Assembly (NCBI GenBank): GCA_021818925.1
Contig: JAKASU010000003.1
Location: 2,806 to 66,805 of the forward strand
Origin: Candidatus Micrarchaeota archaeon
Lineage (GTDB): Archaea > Micrarchaeota > Micrarchaeia > Micrarchaeales > CABMGC01
DNA length: 64,000 nucleotides
Reading direction: 5' to 3'
The translations under genes were made by a program, and so were the position numbers. A model generated the notes under the pieces. The model was not told the origin of the DNA. It saw only the letters and a program-made list of their open reading frames with translations, and ran no database searches. Positions 9,250 to 19,081 of this stretch are shown here, piece after piece. Numbering within the stretch: position 1 is the stretch's first letter; every line of letters starts with the position of its first letter.

Positions 9250-9774
9250 ATGGCTAACGAGGGCAAGAAGGAGGTTGAGGAAGTGACGCAGCGCACCCTG
9301 GACAAGGGAGGGCTGCTTGTCAAGCTCTATTTCGACATGGAGAGCGAGAAGCAGGACGACCTGCAGCCTCTCATGGTTGACCTGATAAACAACAGGCTGC
9401 TCAAGACACCAGGTGTGGTCTACTGCGTTGGTGCTATAGACGAGCCCATGAAGCTGAAGGAGACGTTCTCTACAAGCGCGCAGGTGACAGCGCTGTTCGA
9501 CAGTCTCTGGCCTCTGATAAACGTGATGTTCACGTTCACGCCCGCGGGAGTGGAGATACTGAAACCAAGCAGGGACTACGCGCTCAAGCAGTCAGAGCTG
9601 CAGACACTGCTTCTCAACGTCGCGCAGATATCGCTGGAGTACAACAACTACATACTCAGCAGGATACTCAAGAAGGAGGATTACGACAAGATACAGGAGC
9701 AGATGAAGAGCAGGGAGGAGCTTGGCAAGAGGCTGCTCGACAAGAAGGGCCAGACGGCCGACGAGAAGAAGTAG
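9250..9774 (+). CDS. hypothetical 174-aa protein wedged between hisS and aspS
   Basis: Tight packing: 4 nt after hisS, and its stop overlaps or abuts the aspS start region. No family recognised. Confidence 0.5.
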   Translation: MANEGKKEVEEVTQRTLDKGGLLVKLYFDMESEKQDDLQPLMVDLINNRLLKTPGVVYCVGAIDEPMKLKETFSTSAQVTALFDSLWPLINVMFTFTPAGVEILKPSRDYALKQSELQTLLLNVAQISLEYNNYILSRILKKEDYDKIQEQMKSREELGKRLLDKKGQTADEKK

Positions 9775-9782
9775 TGTGCGAT

Positions 9783-11072
9783 ATGCTGAGAACGCATTAT
9801 GTAGACCAGCTTACCAAGGAGATGGACGGGCAGGAGGTTACGCTTGCAGGGTGGGCGCACGAGGTGCGCGAGACGTCTAACGTAACATTTCTGCTTCTCA
9901 GGGACCAGACCGGCATAGTGCAGGTAGTCGGGAAGGCGGGCATAGTCGACGACTCGATAATAAAGAGCATGTCGGTCCCGAAGGAAAGCGTTCTGCGCGT
10001 AAGCGGGATAGTCAGCGCCAATCCGGAGTCAAAGAAGGGATTTGAGATCATACCGCGTAGCGTAGAGAACCTGAACCCGCTCACCGATAAGATACCTTTC
10101 GAGGTCACCGGGAAAGTGCCCGCTGAGATAGATGTAAGGCTCAACTACAGGTACATCGACCTTCGCAGGCGCGGGCCGACATCTGTATTCAAGATAGAGT
10201 CCACGATCCTTGGCGCCTTCAGGGAATGCCTGGCAAAGAAAGGGTTCGAGGAGATAAGGACGCCATCGATCATATCCGAATCGAGCGAGGGAGGTTCGGA
10301 TCTTTTCACCGTGAGGTACTTCGAGCGCGACGCGTATCTTGTTCAGTCGCCGCAGCTCTACAAGCAGCTGGCCGTAATCGGGGGGCTCGACAAGGTAATG
10401 ATGATTGTGCCTGTGTTCAGAGCAGAAAAATCAAACACAACATACCACCTTACGGAATCGACCCAGATGGATATCGAGATGGGGTTCGCGGGGCCTGACG
10501 ATGCAATCGCTGTGCTCAGTGACACTGTCATCTATATGCTCAAGCAGGTCAGGAAGAAGAACAAGGCGGAGTTCGAGGAGTTCGGATTGAAGCTCAAGGT
10601 TCCTAAAGTAAGAACGGTCACATACGCAGACGCGATAGAAGCGCTTAGGAAGAAGGGCCATGAGATAGAATTCGGTCACGACTTCTCAAGGGACCACGAA
10701 CAGGGCCTGCAGAAGCTCTATGGTGACGCTGTCATAGTGAGGGATTTTCCCACGAGCCTTAGGGCCTTCTACTCGATGCCGAAGGACGACAACCCAGAAC
10801 TGACACACAGCTACGACTTCATATACAAGGGCCTTGAGATATGCAGCGGGGCGCAGCGCATACACAAGCCCGACCTGCTTGTCAAATCGCTTGAGAAAAA
10901 AGGCCTAGATCCTAAGGATTTTGAGTCGTATATAAGCGCTTTCAGGTACGGGGCACCGCCGCACGCGGGGTGGAGCATAGGACTTGAGAGGTTCGCGATG
11001 CAGGTGACAGGAGTGCAGAACATAAGGGAGGCGTCGCTCTTTCCAAGGGACAGGAACAGGATAACCCCGTAA
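9783..11072 (+). CDS. aspS: aspartate--tRNA ligase (archaeal type)
   Basis: MLRTHY N-terminus, OB fold, and class II motifs (FRAEKSNTTYHLTE, GAPPHAGWSIGLER). The ORF also opens at a GTG at 9774. Confidence 0.93.
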   Translation: MLRTHYVDQLTKEMDGQEVTLAGWAHEVRETSNVTFLLLRDQTGIVQVVGKAGIVDDSIIKSMSVPKESVLRVSGIVSANPESKKGFEIIPRSVENLNPLTDKIPFEVTGKVPAEIDVRLNYRYIDLRRRGPTSVFKIESTILGAFRECLAKKGFEEIRTPSIISESSEGGSDLFTVRYFERDAYLVQSPQLYKQLAVIGGLDKVMMIVPVFRAEKSNTTYHLTESTQMDIEMGFAGPDDAIAVLSDTVIYMLKQVRKKNKAEFEEFGLKLKVPKVRTVTYADAIEALRKKGHEIEFGHDFSRDHEQGLQKLYGDAVIVRDFPTSLRAFYSMPKDDNPELTHSYDFIYKGLEICSGAQRIHKPDLLVKSLEKKGLDPKDFESYISAFRYGAPPHAGWSIGLERFAMQVTGVQNIREASLFPRDRNRITP

Positions 11073-11073
11073 T

Positions 11074-12177
11074 CTACTTTGCAAGCCCTCTCAAAAAGAA
11101 CCTTTTTAGCATGAGACTAGGCCTGTCCATGTCGCCATAGTTCGCGAAGAAGCTTTCAAGGCCGAGGGTCTTAGCCATGTTTATCAGGAACCCAAGCTTC
11201 TTCTCGTCGAAGCTTGAGTATATCTTGTTGAGGAATGAATGCAGCCGTATATCGAGCCCGAAATTCTTTCTGAACATCCTTTCATAAGCTTCTAGGCTTA
11301 CGCCATTCCTGATGTGCTCTGCCACTACCTTCGAAGCCATCCTCGCAGCATTCCCTCCAAACACTATGCCCCCGCCGGTGGTCGGCTTAACCTGACCCGC
11401 CGCGTCGCCCACGAGCAGCACCTCTTTCTTCCCGTCAACCACGCTCCTTACAGTCTGCATAGGTATTATGCTTGCGTAGCCGTCTAGCATCCTCGCTCCG
11501 TCTATCTTCTCTGCAACCCCCTTCATCCTTATGAATTTCTCGAAGGCTGCCTTGCTGTTGCCGTGCTTTCCATCAATCCCGATCCCGACCTCCAGTATGT
11601 CTTTCGAGTTTGGGCACATCCACGCGAAGAACTTCGGCGCGAGGTTGTTGTCAAAGAAAAGGTCAACCGTGCGCACGTCGTCAACGTTCATGTCGTACTC
11701 GGCCTTGTAGGTAAGCGTGTAGCTCTTTATCGATCCCATCGAGAAATGCTTGGCTATCGCCGAAACTGGGCCGTCCGCTCCTATGATCACGCTGTCTTTA
11801 TGAATCTCTTCTATCTTCTCGCCGATCACCTTCACGCCCAGCTCGGCTTCCGCGCCGGCAGCCGTGGCTTCATCATAGCACACGAGATTCAACTTCTCCC
11901 TGTCTAGCACGTGCGCCTGTGGCTTCCTGGATATGATCCTCATCGTCGCCCCTCCGGCGTGTATGTTGGCACCGTAGAGCGTGTTCGTTACCGCCTTGTG
12001 GTAGCGAATGCCCAGGCTCTCCAGCCCGTTTATTGAGATTATGCCGCTCGCCTTTGCCGGATATCCGAGCCTCGACTTCTGGTCGTACACTCGAGTCATT
12101 ATGCCTGCGTGCGCCAGGTCCCTTGCAGCTATGAGACCAGAGGTTCCAGCGCCTATAACTGATACTTTCTCGCGCAT
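11074..12177 (-). CDS. geranylgeranyl reductase family flavoprotein
   Basis: FAD dinucleotide fold VIGAGTSGLIAARDLA, and LLVGDAAGQVKPTTGGGI typical of GGR. Confidence 0.85.
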   Translation of the reverse strand: MREKVSVIGAGTSGLIAARDLAHAGIMTRVYDQKSRLGYPAKASGIISINGLESLGIRYHKAVTNTLYGANIHAGGATMRIISRKPQAHVLDREKLNLVCYDEATAAGAEAELGVKVIGEKIEEIHKDSVIIGADGPVSAIAKHFSMGSIKSYTLTYKAEYDMNVDDVRTVDLFFDNNLAPKFFAWMCPNSKDILEVGIGIDGKHGNSKAAFEKFIRMKGVAEKIDGARMLDGYASIIPMQTVRSVVDGKKEVLLVGDAAGQVKPTTGGGIVFGGNAARMASKVVAEHIRNGVSLEAYERMFRKNFGLDIRLHSFLNKIYSSFDEKKLGFLINMAKTLGLESFFANYGDMDRPSLMLKRFFLRGLAK

Positions 12178-12243
12178 TTCCTAACGATTATTTTTGGTTT
12201 ATAAACCTTATTATAGTATATATCTAAACTCGAGTTTTTTAGC

Positions 12244-15200
12244 ATGAGCTTGCTTCTGTCTGCGTTGATCGCGCTAATATCGATAATTCTTCCCGGTTTC
12301 TTCCTCGCTTTAGCGCTGCTCAAAAAGACAAAGCTGAACATGATCGAGATAACGGTCATAGGCTTCATGTTCGGGCTTATCTTTCCACCTACGCTCACGT
12401 GGCTCGAATCCTACCTGATGAATTATGTTCACGCATTTTCATTTTCGGCGGGCCTGTATGGGGCCAATGTCATCATACTCACCATAATAGGCATAGCCCT
12501 ATGCGTGCAGCAGGGAGTCATCAACATTGGCTCGCTAAAACAGAGGCCGGCAAGCGAGATTGCCGCTGAGGCTAACGCGGCATACAGGCAGAGGCTTGCC
12601 GAGCTGAGGGAGAAGATCACGGAGCTTGACATAGACGCAAGCCTTGTGGCCGACCACAAGAAGGAAGAGGAGGACCTCGCAAGCAAGCATTCGGAGGAAA
12701 CAAGAAAGGCGGCATCGCTTCCTCCAGGGGAGCGCGCAAGGCTCGCATCGCTGCACTCCGCTGAGGAGAGAAAGCTGATAGAGCAGCACGAGCGCGAGGA
12801 GAAGCTGCTTCTTGAGGGCAAGGGCAGGAAGAAGCTAAACTCGAACATCATATGGGGCATACTGATCTTCCTGATGATATTCACCTTCGCCACCAGGATG
12901 ATGAGCATAGGCATCGCTCCCCACTTCTTCGAGTTTGACCCGTACTTCGACATGCAGAGCACCGAGTTCCTGCTCACGCACGGATACCAATGGCTCTATG
13001 ACACTTCTGCCTGGCCCACAGCAGTCAACGGCACACCACACAGGATAGAGCCGATAGTTCCATACCTTGAGGCTTACTGGTACCAGATCTCCAATCCTCC
13101 ATCAAACCAGATAGACATAACTCTGTTGAGCGATGTCGGTAGCATCTATCCTCCCATCACCGCTGCGCTGCTTGTCTTCATAGTCTTCATGTTCCTTTAT
13201 CATATGTACGGCGATTACCCTGCCATAATCGGAGCAGGTCTGGCCACAGCGATGCCCGCGCTAATCACAACCTTCGTGGCCGGGGAGCAGCTAGTTGAGC
13301 CGTGGGGCATCTTCGCCATGTTCTTCTTCTACGCCGCATACATGCTTGCTGCCCAGAATCCAAAGGAGAAGAGGTTCGCGATACTCGCTGGCATAGCGTT
13401 TGCGTCATCGTTCCTTGGGGCGCACTACTACACAGTAATAGCCGGTGTATTTGCAATCTACATAGTCCTGCAGGGCGTTGTGGACGTGCTTAGGAATAGA
13501 GAGATGCGCGACTTCTACATCATGAACGTTATCGTGATCGCCGTTATCGTCCTCTTCTACATACCGTTCGGGCCCTACGGTTCGGTTCTCGCCAACAGGA
13601 TACCTAGCGTTGCCGGAATACCTGTCATCATCTCGTTCCCGCTTCTTGCACTTCTAATTATATTCTTGTTCGAACGCCTGCCTATCCTGGCAAAAGAGCG
13701 CGGACTAATCAGCAAGATCGACCTCGCAACACACCTTGAAACTTTGGCCGCACTTGGTATATTGGCGCTTGTTCTCATTCTGTTCACCCCTCTTGGTACG
13801 CCGGTTGACAGGTACATTGCGCTCAGCTACCACTACACCACCCCCTCTATAGCTCTCTTCATGACTGTGCAGGAATATGCGCCAACAGGCCTGAACTTCG
13901 ACTTCGGATCCGCTGGCTTCGGCCCCATAGGCGCAAGCCTGTTCGGGGTAAACGCCATAGTGTGGTTCGTGCTAATAATCTTCACGCTTTTAGCAGGCTA
14001 TTCCGTATACAAGCGCGATTCCAAGGGCAGCATACTGGCATGGTCTGCTGTCATACCGCTCGCCGTGGCTGGAATGATAGAGATAAAGTACCTGCCGCAC
14101 TTCGGCGTGGGCTACATACTGGCCCTTGGCATCATAATCGGCGAGCTTCTTCTGCTGACGAAAGGCAAGGAGAAGGAACTGAGCAGGCTCGTGATTCTTG
14201 GCTTCGGGGTATTTATCGTGCTCCTGGAGTTCACAGTCTTCATAAGCGTCTTCTCCGCCATCGGGACCTCGTGCTCCAGCATAAACTCACAGGGCAACTC
14301 GATAGGCTTCGACCTCTTCTGCAACACGGTTTCCACTTCCTGGCTAAACGCCCTTGCCTGGATGAAGCAGAATGTAGGCCCCAGCGCGCCCAGAGTTCTC
14401 TCCTGGTGGGACTACGGCGACTGGATAAACTGGTTCGGCAACAGCAACGCAGTGCTAAGAGGCGATAACTCGATACCTACTTTGGATTATGCGACCGCAG
14501 CAAGGTATGTCCTGGGGCAAGAGGACGGGTACGGACCCGCTAACCTGGCCAGCTTCATGAACAATGTGGTCTATGCCAAATACGTGGTCTTCGATAACCA
14601 ACTGACGGCAAAGTGGCAGGCGCTAGACTTTCTCGCATGCGTAGGCACGAATCAGACAAGCATGGCGTTCGCTGCACAGGCAGCTAACGGAACCGGCAAC
14701 CCGTATCTGCTCGGCACCTCGCAGTGCGAACTGAGCCACGCGCCAGCGTACGCGTTCCTGCCCGCTTCTACAAGCAGCGTCAACAGCTACTGCCAGTTCG
14801 GCGGCAAGAGCGTCGCAGCCCTTAAGACGCTCATACTGGCCAACAACCAGTTATTGAACACCACCTACTGCGCGCCAACGAACTTCACATCCGGCCCTGT
14901 CAGGCTTCTGGACTCCAACGGCAACGAGACGAATATACTGCTGGTGCCAACGGCGCAGTTCTTCGCAGGAGTGAACAACTTAGGAGGGCAGGAGTTCCTC
15001 ACCTTCATACCTCTCTACTTGCCAAACGGCCCCAACGACACGATAACCGATGCTCCATCAAGGTTCTACAACTCCAACTACTACCGCGCATTCTACCTTG
15101 GCAACCTGCCAGGCTTCAAGCTTGCGTATCCCACGAACTTCACCGGCGTGAACTATGTCAACGGCACATGGCCTGTCCTGATATATGAGCTCGACAACTA

Positions 15201-15270
15201 CACAGGGCCGCTGCCCAAGATCACCCCCAAGCCTCCGTGGGTGGTGAACAACTTCACGATGCCTGGATGA
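12244..15270 (+). CDS. aglB: dolichyl-phosphooligosaccharide-protein glycosyltransferase AglB (STT3 homologue) with an N-terminal extension
   Basis: WWDYGDWI catalytic motif and EFDPYFD in the first external loop. Polytopic membrane region with a sequon-rich C-terminal domain. About 200 extra N-terminal residues. Confidence 0.9.
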   Translation: MSLLLSALIALISIILPGFFLALALLKKTKLNMIEITVIGFMFGLIFPPTLTWLESYLMNYVHAFSFSAGLYGANVIILTIIGIALCVQQGVINIGSLKQRPASEIAAEANAAYRQRLAELREKITELDIDASLVADHKKEEEDLASKHSEETRKAASLPPGERARLASLHSAEERKLIEQHEREEKLLLEGKGRKKLNSNIIWGILIFLMIFTFATRMMSIGIAPHFFEFDPYFDMQSTEFLLTHGYQWLYDTSAWPTAVNGTPHRIEPIVPYLEAYWYQISNPPSNQIDITLLSDVGSIYPPITAALLVFIVFMFLYHMYGDYPAIIGAGLATAMPALITTFVAGEQLVEPWGIFAMFFFYAAYMLAAQNPKEKRFAILAGIAFASSFLGAHYYTVIAGVFAIYIVLQGVVDVLRNREMRDFYIMNVIVIAVIVLFYIPFGPYGSVLANRIPSVAGIPVIISFPLLALLIIFLFERLPILAKERGLISKIDLATHLETLAALGILALVLILFTPLGTPVDRYIALSYHYTTPSIALFMTVQEYAPTGLNFDFGSAGFGPIGASLFGVNAIVWFVLIIFTLLAGYSVYKRDSKGSILAWSAVIPLAVAGMIEIKYLPHFGVGYILALGIIIGELLLLTKGKEKELSRLVILGFGVFIVLLEFTVFISVFSAIGTSCSSINSQGNSIGFDLFCNTVSTSWLNALAWMKQNVGPSAPRVLSWWDYGDWINWFGNSNAVLRGDNSIPTLDYATAARYVLGQEDGYGPANLASFMNNVVYAKYVVFDNQLTAKWQALDFLACVGTNQTSMAFAAQAANGTGNPYLLGTSQCELSHAPAYAFLPASTSSVNSYCQFGGKSVAALKTLILANNQLLNTTYCAPTNFTSGPVRLLDSNGNETNILLVPTAQFFAGVNNLGGQEFLTFIPLYLPNGPNDTITDAPSRFYNSNYYRAFYLGNLPGFKLAYPTNFTGVNYVNGTWPVLIYELDNYTGPLPKITPKPPWVVNNFTMPG

Positions 15271-15311
15271 CGCCCTGTAATGCTTAAATTCTTTCACATG
15301 CCATTCTGTCT

Positions 15312-15827
15312 GTGGGCGTTAACCAGCACGATGTCAAGGCTGCGAAGAACATACTCTGGCCTGACGAGCAGGTTCAGGTGACTGTAAGGCAGAGGCGCGT
15401 TGGCCCCGGAGGATCTGTGACTGCACCAACCTCAGTCATAGCTACCGACAAGCGGCTGATAATACTCAACAGGGCTAACTTGGGGATGAGGCAGGACTAC
15501 GAAGCCATACCATACAGGCAGGTCACCAGCGTTAGGCTGGAGCACGGTGTGATCTCGTCATCTGTTTTCGTCAGAGTCATGGGCTATGACAAAGATCAGG
15601 GCTTGCTCAAGAACGGGAAGGAAGAGGGAGAGATAGACGGGCTCAGCAACGGCGACGCAAAGGCGCTCGCCGACTTCTTGAACAGGAAGCTTGACGCAGC
15701 AACGAACGAAGACAAAAACAGAGCGGGAGGGGCAGAAACAAGCGGAGGTGTGTATTGCTCCAAATGCGGTGCCAAGAACCTCGCCGGATCAAAGTACTGC
15801 TCAGAGTGCGGGGCGCTCTTGAGCTAG
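15312..15827 (+). CDS. bacterial-type PH (bPH/YdbS-like) domain protein with C-terminal double zinc ribbon
   Basis: LWPDEQVQV...ATDKRLIIL...IPYRQVTSVRLE pattern. C-terminus CSKCGAKNLAGSKYCSECG. GTG start. Confidence 0.55.
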   Translation: MGVNQHDVKAAKNILWPDEQVQVTVRQRRVGPGGSVTAPTSVIATDKRLIILNRANLGMRQDYEAIPYRQVTSVRLEHGVISSSVFVRVMGYDKDQGLLKNGKEEGEIDGLSNGDAKALADFLNRKLDAATNEDKNRAGGAETSGGVYCSKCGAKNLAGSKYCSECGALLS

Positions 15828-15939
15828 ATGCTGGAAAGGTATAAAAACCTGTTCTTTCATAAAGTATGATTGTATACCCATAAAAAATACAACACAGTTT
15901 TGACACGATTTTGGGAAATAACGCTAATTGAGTGAAACC

Positions 15940-17595
15940 ATGGCAGAGAACCAACTAGGGCAGCAATATATGATATTGCCTGAGGGGGCAAGCAGGATTT
16001 TGGGAAGGGAGGCGCAGCGTACAAACATAGCGGTCGGATACGCGGTGTCCAGTATAGTGAGGAGCACGCTAGGGCCAAAGGGCATGGACAAGATGCTCGT
16101 GAGCGAGCTCGGCGACATAGTCATAACTAATGACGGAGCCTCGATACTCGAGGAGATGAACGTGGAGCATCCGGTGGCAAAGCTGATGGTAGAGATAGCG
16201 AAGAGCCAGGACAAGGAGGTGGGCGACGGAACCACAACCGCGGTTATAATCGCAGGTGAACTCCTAAAGAACGCCGGAGATCTGATAGAGAAAGGCATAA
16301 ACCCAAACACGATAATTAAAGGATACGAGATGGCTGCTGAGAAATCAAAGTCTCTTCTTGACGAGTGCTCAAACACCGTAACGCTCAACGATGACGACAA
16401 ACTTGAGAAGATAGCGATGGTGTCGGTCGGCTCGAAGAACATAGGCAACGATTCTACAAGGAAATATCTCTCGAAGCTCGCCATACAGGCGATAAAGCAG
16501 GTAGCGGAGAAGAAGGGAGACAAAATCGTGATAGACAAGGACTTCATAAAACTCGAGAAGAAGGAGGGCGGCAGCGTCGAGGAGACGCAGTACATCAACG
16601 GCGTGCTCGTAGACAAGGAGGTAGCCCAGTCCGGCATGCCAAAGGCGATAAAGAACGCAAAGATAGCCCTGCTTGACCTTGCTCTCGAGATAGAGAAGAC
16701 GGAGACCGACGCAAGGATAGAGATAACCTCTCCAGACCAGATGCAGTCGTTCCTGCAGCAGGAGGAGAAGATGCTGAAGAACATGGCAGACAAGGCAGCG
16801 AAGAGCGGAGCAAACGTAATCTTCGTGCAGAAGGGCATCGACGATGTGGCGCAGCACTACCTCTCAAAAGCAGGCATGATGGCTGTGAGGCGCGTAAAGA
16901 AGAGCGACATGGAGAAGCTTGCGAAGGCAACCGGCGCAAAGGTAATAACGAGCCTCGATGACCTGACCCCGAGCGACCTCGGGTTCGCAGGGCTGGTTGA
17001 GGAAAGGAAAGTGTCTGGCGAGCAGATGGTCTTCGTGGAGAAGTGCAAAGACCCGAAGAGCGTCACGATATTCCTGCGCGGCGGCACAAAGCAGGTTGTA
17101 GATGAGACGGAGCGCGCTCTCACTGACGAGATAGGCGCGCTAACAAGCGCACTCGAAGTTGGTAAGTACGTATACGGAGGCGGAAGCACGGAGGAGTTCG
17201 TAGCAAAAGGCCTGCGCGACTACGCGAACAACGTGGGCGGCAGGGAGCAACTGGCGATACAATCGTTTGCCGACGCCCTAGAGGCGATTCCAAAGACGCT
17301 TGCGGACAGCTCCGGCATGGATGCGATAGACACGATAGTCCAGCTGAGGAGCAAGCAGAAGGGCAAAGAGGGAAGGAGCTACGGCGTGGACGTCCACCGC
17401 GGGGTAATCGGAGACATGGACAAGCTTGGTGTCATAGAGCCGGTGAAGATAAAGCTTCAGGCGATATCCAGCGCCATGGAGGCAAGCGTGCAGATCCTTA
17501 GGATAGACGACATGATAAGCAGCAAGGGCAGCAGGCCTGCAGGGCCTCCGGGAGGCGGAGGGATGCCCGGAGGCGGAATGGGAGAGACGGACTGA
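15940..17595 (+). CDS. ths: thermosome subunit (group II chaperonin)
   Basis: LGPKGMDKMLV, ITNDGASIL, VGDGTTTAV and a GGM-type tail GGGGMPGGGMGETD. The ATG at 15940 is preferred over the TTG at 15928. Confidence 0.95.
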   Translation: MAENQLGQQYMILPEGASRILGREAQRTNIAVGYAVSSIVRSTLGPKGMDKMLVSELGDIVITNDGASILEEMNVEHPVAKLMVEIAKSQDKEVGDGTTTAVIIAGELLKNAGDLIEKGINPNTIIKGYEMAAEKSKSLLDECSNTVTLNDDDKLEKIAMVSVGSKNIGNDSTRKYLSKLAIQAIKQVAEKKGDKIVIDKDFIKLEKKEGGSVEETQYINGVLVDKEVAQSGMPKAIKNAKIALLDLALEIEKTETDARIEITSPDQMQSFLQQEEKMLKNMADKAAKSGANVIFVQKGIDDVAQHYLSKAGMMAVRRVKKSDMEKLAKATGAKVITSLDDLTPSDLGFAGLVEERKVSGEQMVFVEKCKDPKSVTIFLRGGTKQVVDETERALTDEIGALTSALEVGKYVYGGGSTEEFVAKGLRDYANNVGGREQLAIQSFADALEAIPKTLADSSGMDAIDTIVQLRSKQKGKEGRSYGVDVHRGVIGDMDKLGVIEPVKIKLQAISSAMEASVQILRIDDMISSKGSRPAGPPGGGGMPGGGMGETD

Positions 17596-17650
17596 GCCGA
17601 GCTTATCCGCTTCTTTTATACCTTTCCGACCAACTCTTATCAGAGCAGGC

Positions 17651-18220
17651 ATGTCCAGCTTATTCCTCGTATTCGGCACGCAGGGCGCAGGCAAAACCAC
17701 TGTGCTGAAAGGCATCAAGGCCGCAAAGGCTGTGAGCATAGGCACGGAGATGTACCTTGCGTACTCTAGGAGATTTGGTGTAAGGAACCGCGACGAGGTA
17801 AGGATGAAATCTCTGCTTACGTTCGGCGAAATGATTGGCATAAGAAACGCGATACTCAAAAAACTGGCCGGATCTCCAGGCACAATAGCCCTAGACACGC
17901 ATGCAAGCGTGAAGGCGGGCGACGGCTACATGGCAGGCCTTTCGCTAAAGGATTTTGAAGTGATAAGGGGGAAGGTGAAGGCAATCATATACATAGATGC
18001 GGACTCAAGCCAGATACTCGAGAGGCGGAAGACCGACAAGGGCAGGAAGAGGGAGCACGACACAATAGAGGAGATAGACCTTCACAGGAGCCTTAATCTT
18101 ATGTATACCACGCTTTACTCTTTATATCTTCAGACCCCAGTATACGTAGTCCATAATGGCAACGACCGCCTGACAATCGCCAGGAAGCGAGTCGAAGAGA
18201 TAATCAGGAGCATGAAGTGA
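17651..18220 (+). CDS. adkA: archaeal-type adenylate kinase
   Basis: P-loop GTQGAGKTT. DTHASVKAGDGYMAGL and ILERRKTD...R.RE are colinear with AdkA. Conserved position before the DUF106 gene. Confidence 0.8.
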   Translation: MSSLFLVFGTQGAGKTTVLKGIKAAKAVSIGTEMYLAYSRRFGVRNRDEVRMKSLLTFGEMIGIRNAILKKLAGSPGTIALDTHASVKAGDGYMAGLSLKDFEVIRGKVKAIIYIDADSSQILERRKTDKGRKREHDTIEEIDLHRSLNLMYTTLYSLYLQTPVYVVHNGNDRLTIARKRVEEIIRSMK

Positions 18221-18224
18221 ACCG

Positions 18225-18692
18225 ATGGTTGTAGGAATAGAGATAACGGTAATAGCGGTCGTGTACGTGCTCTTCTCGGTTTTCGTGCAGCGCAAGCTCA
18301 TAGACATGCGGCGCATGCGGGAGGTCCAGGAAACAATCAAGGCGAAGAGTAAGGAGCTCAACGACATGGTGAAGCAGAAAGCCAGCCAGGAGATCATGAT
18401 GGCCAAGCAGAAGGAGATAACCTCTCTGCTCGGGCAGAGCATGCGATCGCAGCTCAAGCCGATGTTCGTCGTTCTTCCCATATTCTTCGTCATGTACTAT
18501 CTCATCTTCCCGGCGGTGTTCGCCACGAACCCTAACGTCACCGTGCCGATACTCTCGATGACAGTAAACTACAAGACCTACTTCATAGCCCTCGCGTTCG
18601 TCCTTGGCCTGATCATGACCGCTGTGCTTATGCTGCGAGACCGCATGAGGCTAGCAAAGGAGAAGAAGCAAGCGGAGAGCGCGCAGCAGTAA
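18225..18692 (+). CDS. DUF106/EMC3-TMCO1-like membrane protein (archaeal Oxa1-superfamily insertase candidate)
   Basis: TM, then a coiled charged region, then TM-TM. Conserved adk-DUF106-L34e-cmk-L14e neighbourhood. Confidence 0.7.
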   Translation: MVVGIEITVIAVVYVLFSVFVQRKLIDMRRMREVQETIKAKSKELNDMVKQKASQEIMMAKQKEITSLLGQSMRSQLKPMFVVLPIFFVMYYLIFPAVFATNPNVTVPILSMTVNYKTYFIALAFVLGLIMTAVLMLRDRMRLAKEKKQAESAQQ

Positions 18693-18743
18693 GTTATTTA
18701 TGCCTTAGACGAGTATGTTTATCCTATATTTTTGGTAATCACC

Positions 18744-19070
18744 ATGCCAAAGCCAATGCACAGATCAAGAAGCTTCAGGAGGCTCGATAGAGTCGCACGC
18801 AGCGGAAGGCACGTTCTCCACTACGAGAGGAAGAAACCGAGCATACCGCACTGCGCGATATGCGGATCTGAGCTCAACGGCATAAGCGTCTCGAGAAACG
18901 CCAAGGGAAAGAGCAGGAAGAGCAACTCCAGGATATTCGGAGGCGTGCTCTGCTCATCGTGCACGGCCGAGGTGGTGAAGCTCGCCAGCAGGATAGAGAA
19001 TGGAGAGATGAGAGTCAACGACATAGGCACCAGGCAGAGAGGCTTCGTGCTGCAGATGATTGCGCACTGA
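18744..19070 (+). CDS. rpl34e: 50S ribosomal protein L34e
   Basis: MPKPMHRSRSFRR N-terminus and CAICGSEL...CSSC zinc motif. The ATG at 18744 is preferred over the TTG at 18732. Confidence 0.9.
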   Translation: MPKPMHRSRSFRRLDRVARSGRHVLHYERKKPSIPHCAICGSELNGISVSRNAKGKSRKSNSRIFGGVLCSSCTAEVVKLASRIENGEMRVNDIGTRQRGFVLQMIAH

Positions 19071-19081
19071 TTCGGGAGAGC

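Noticed and set aside
15840-15900. Repeated CATAAA / GTAT…ATAC elements upstream of the thermosome gene as a heat-shock operator.
   Set aside because: These are only 4-bp arms and imperfect repeats. They cannot be told apart from a generic AT-rich promoter.
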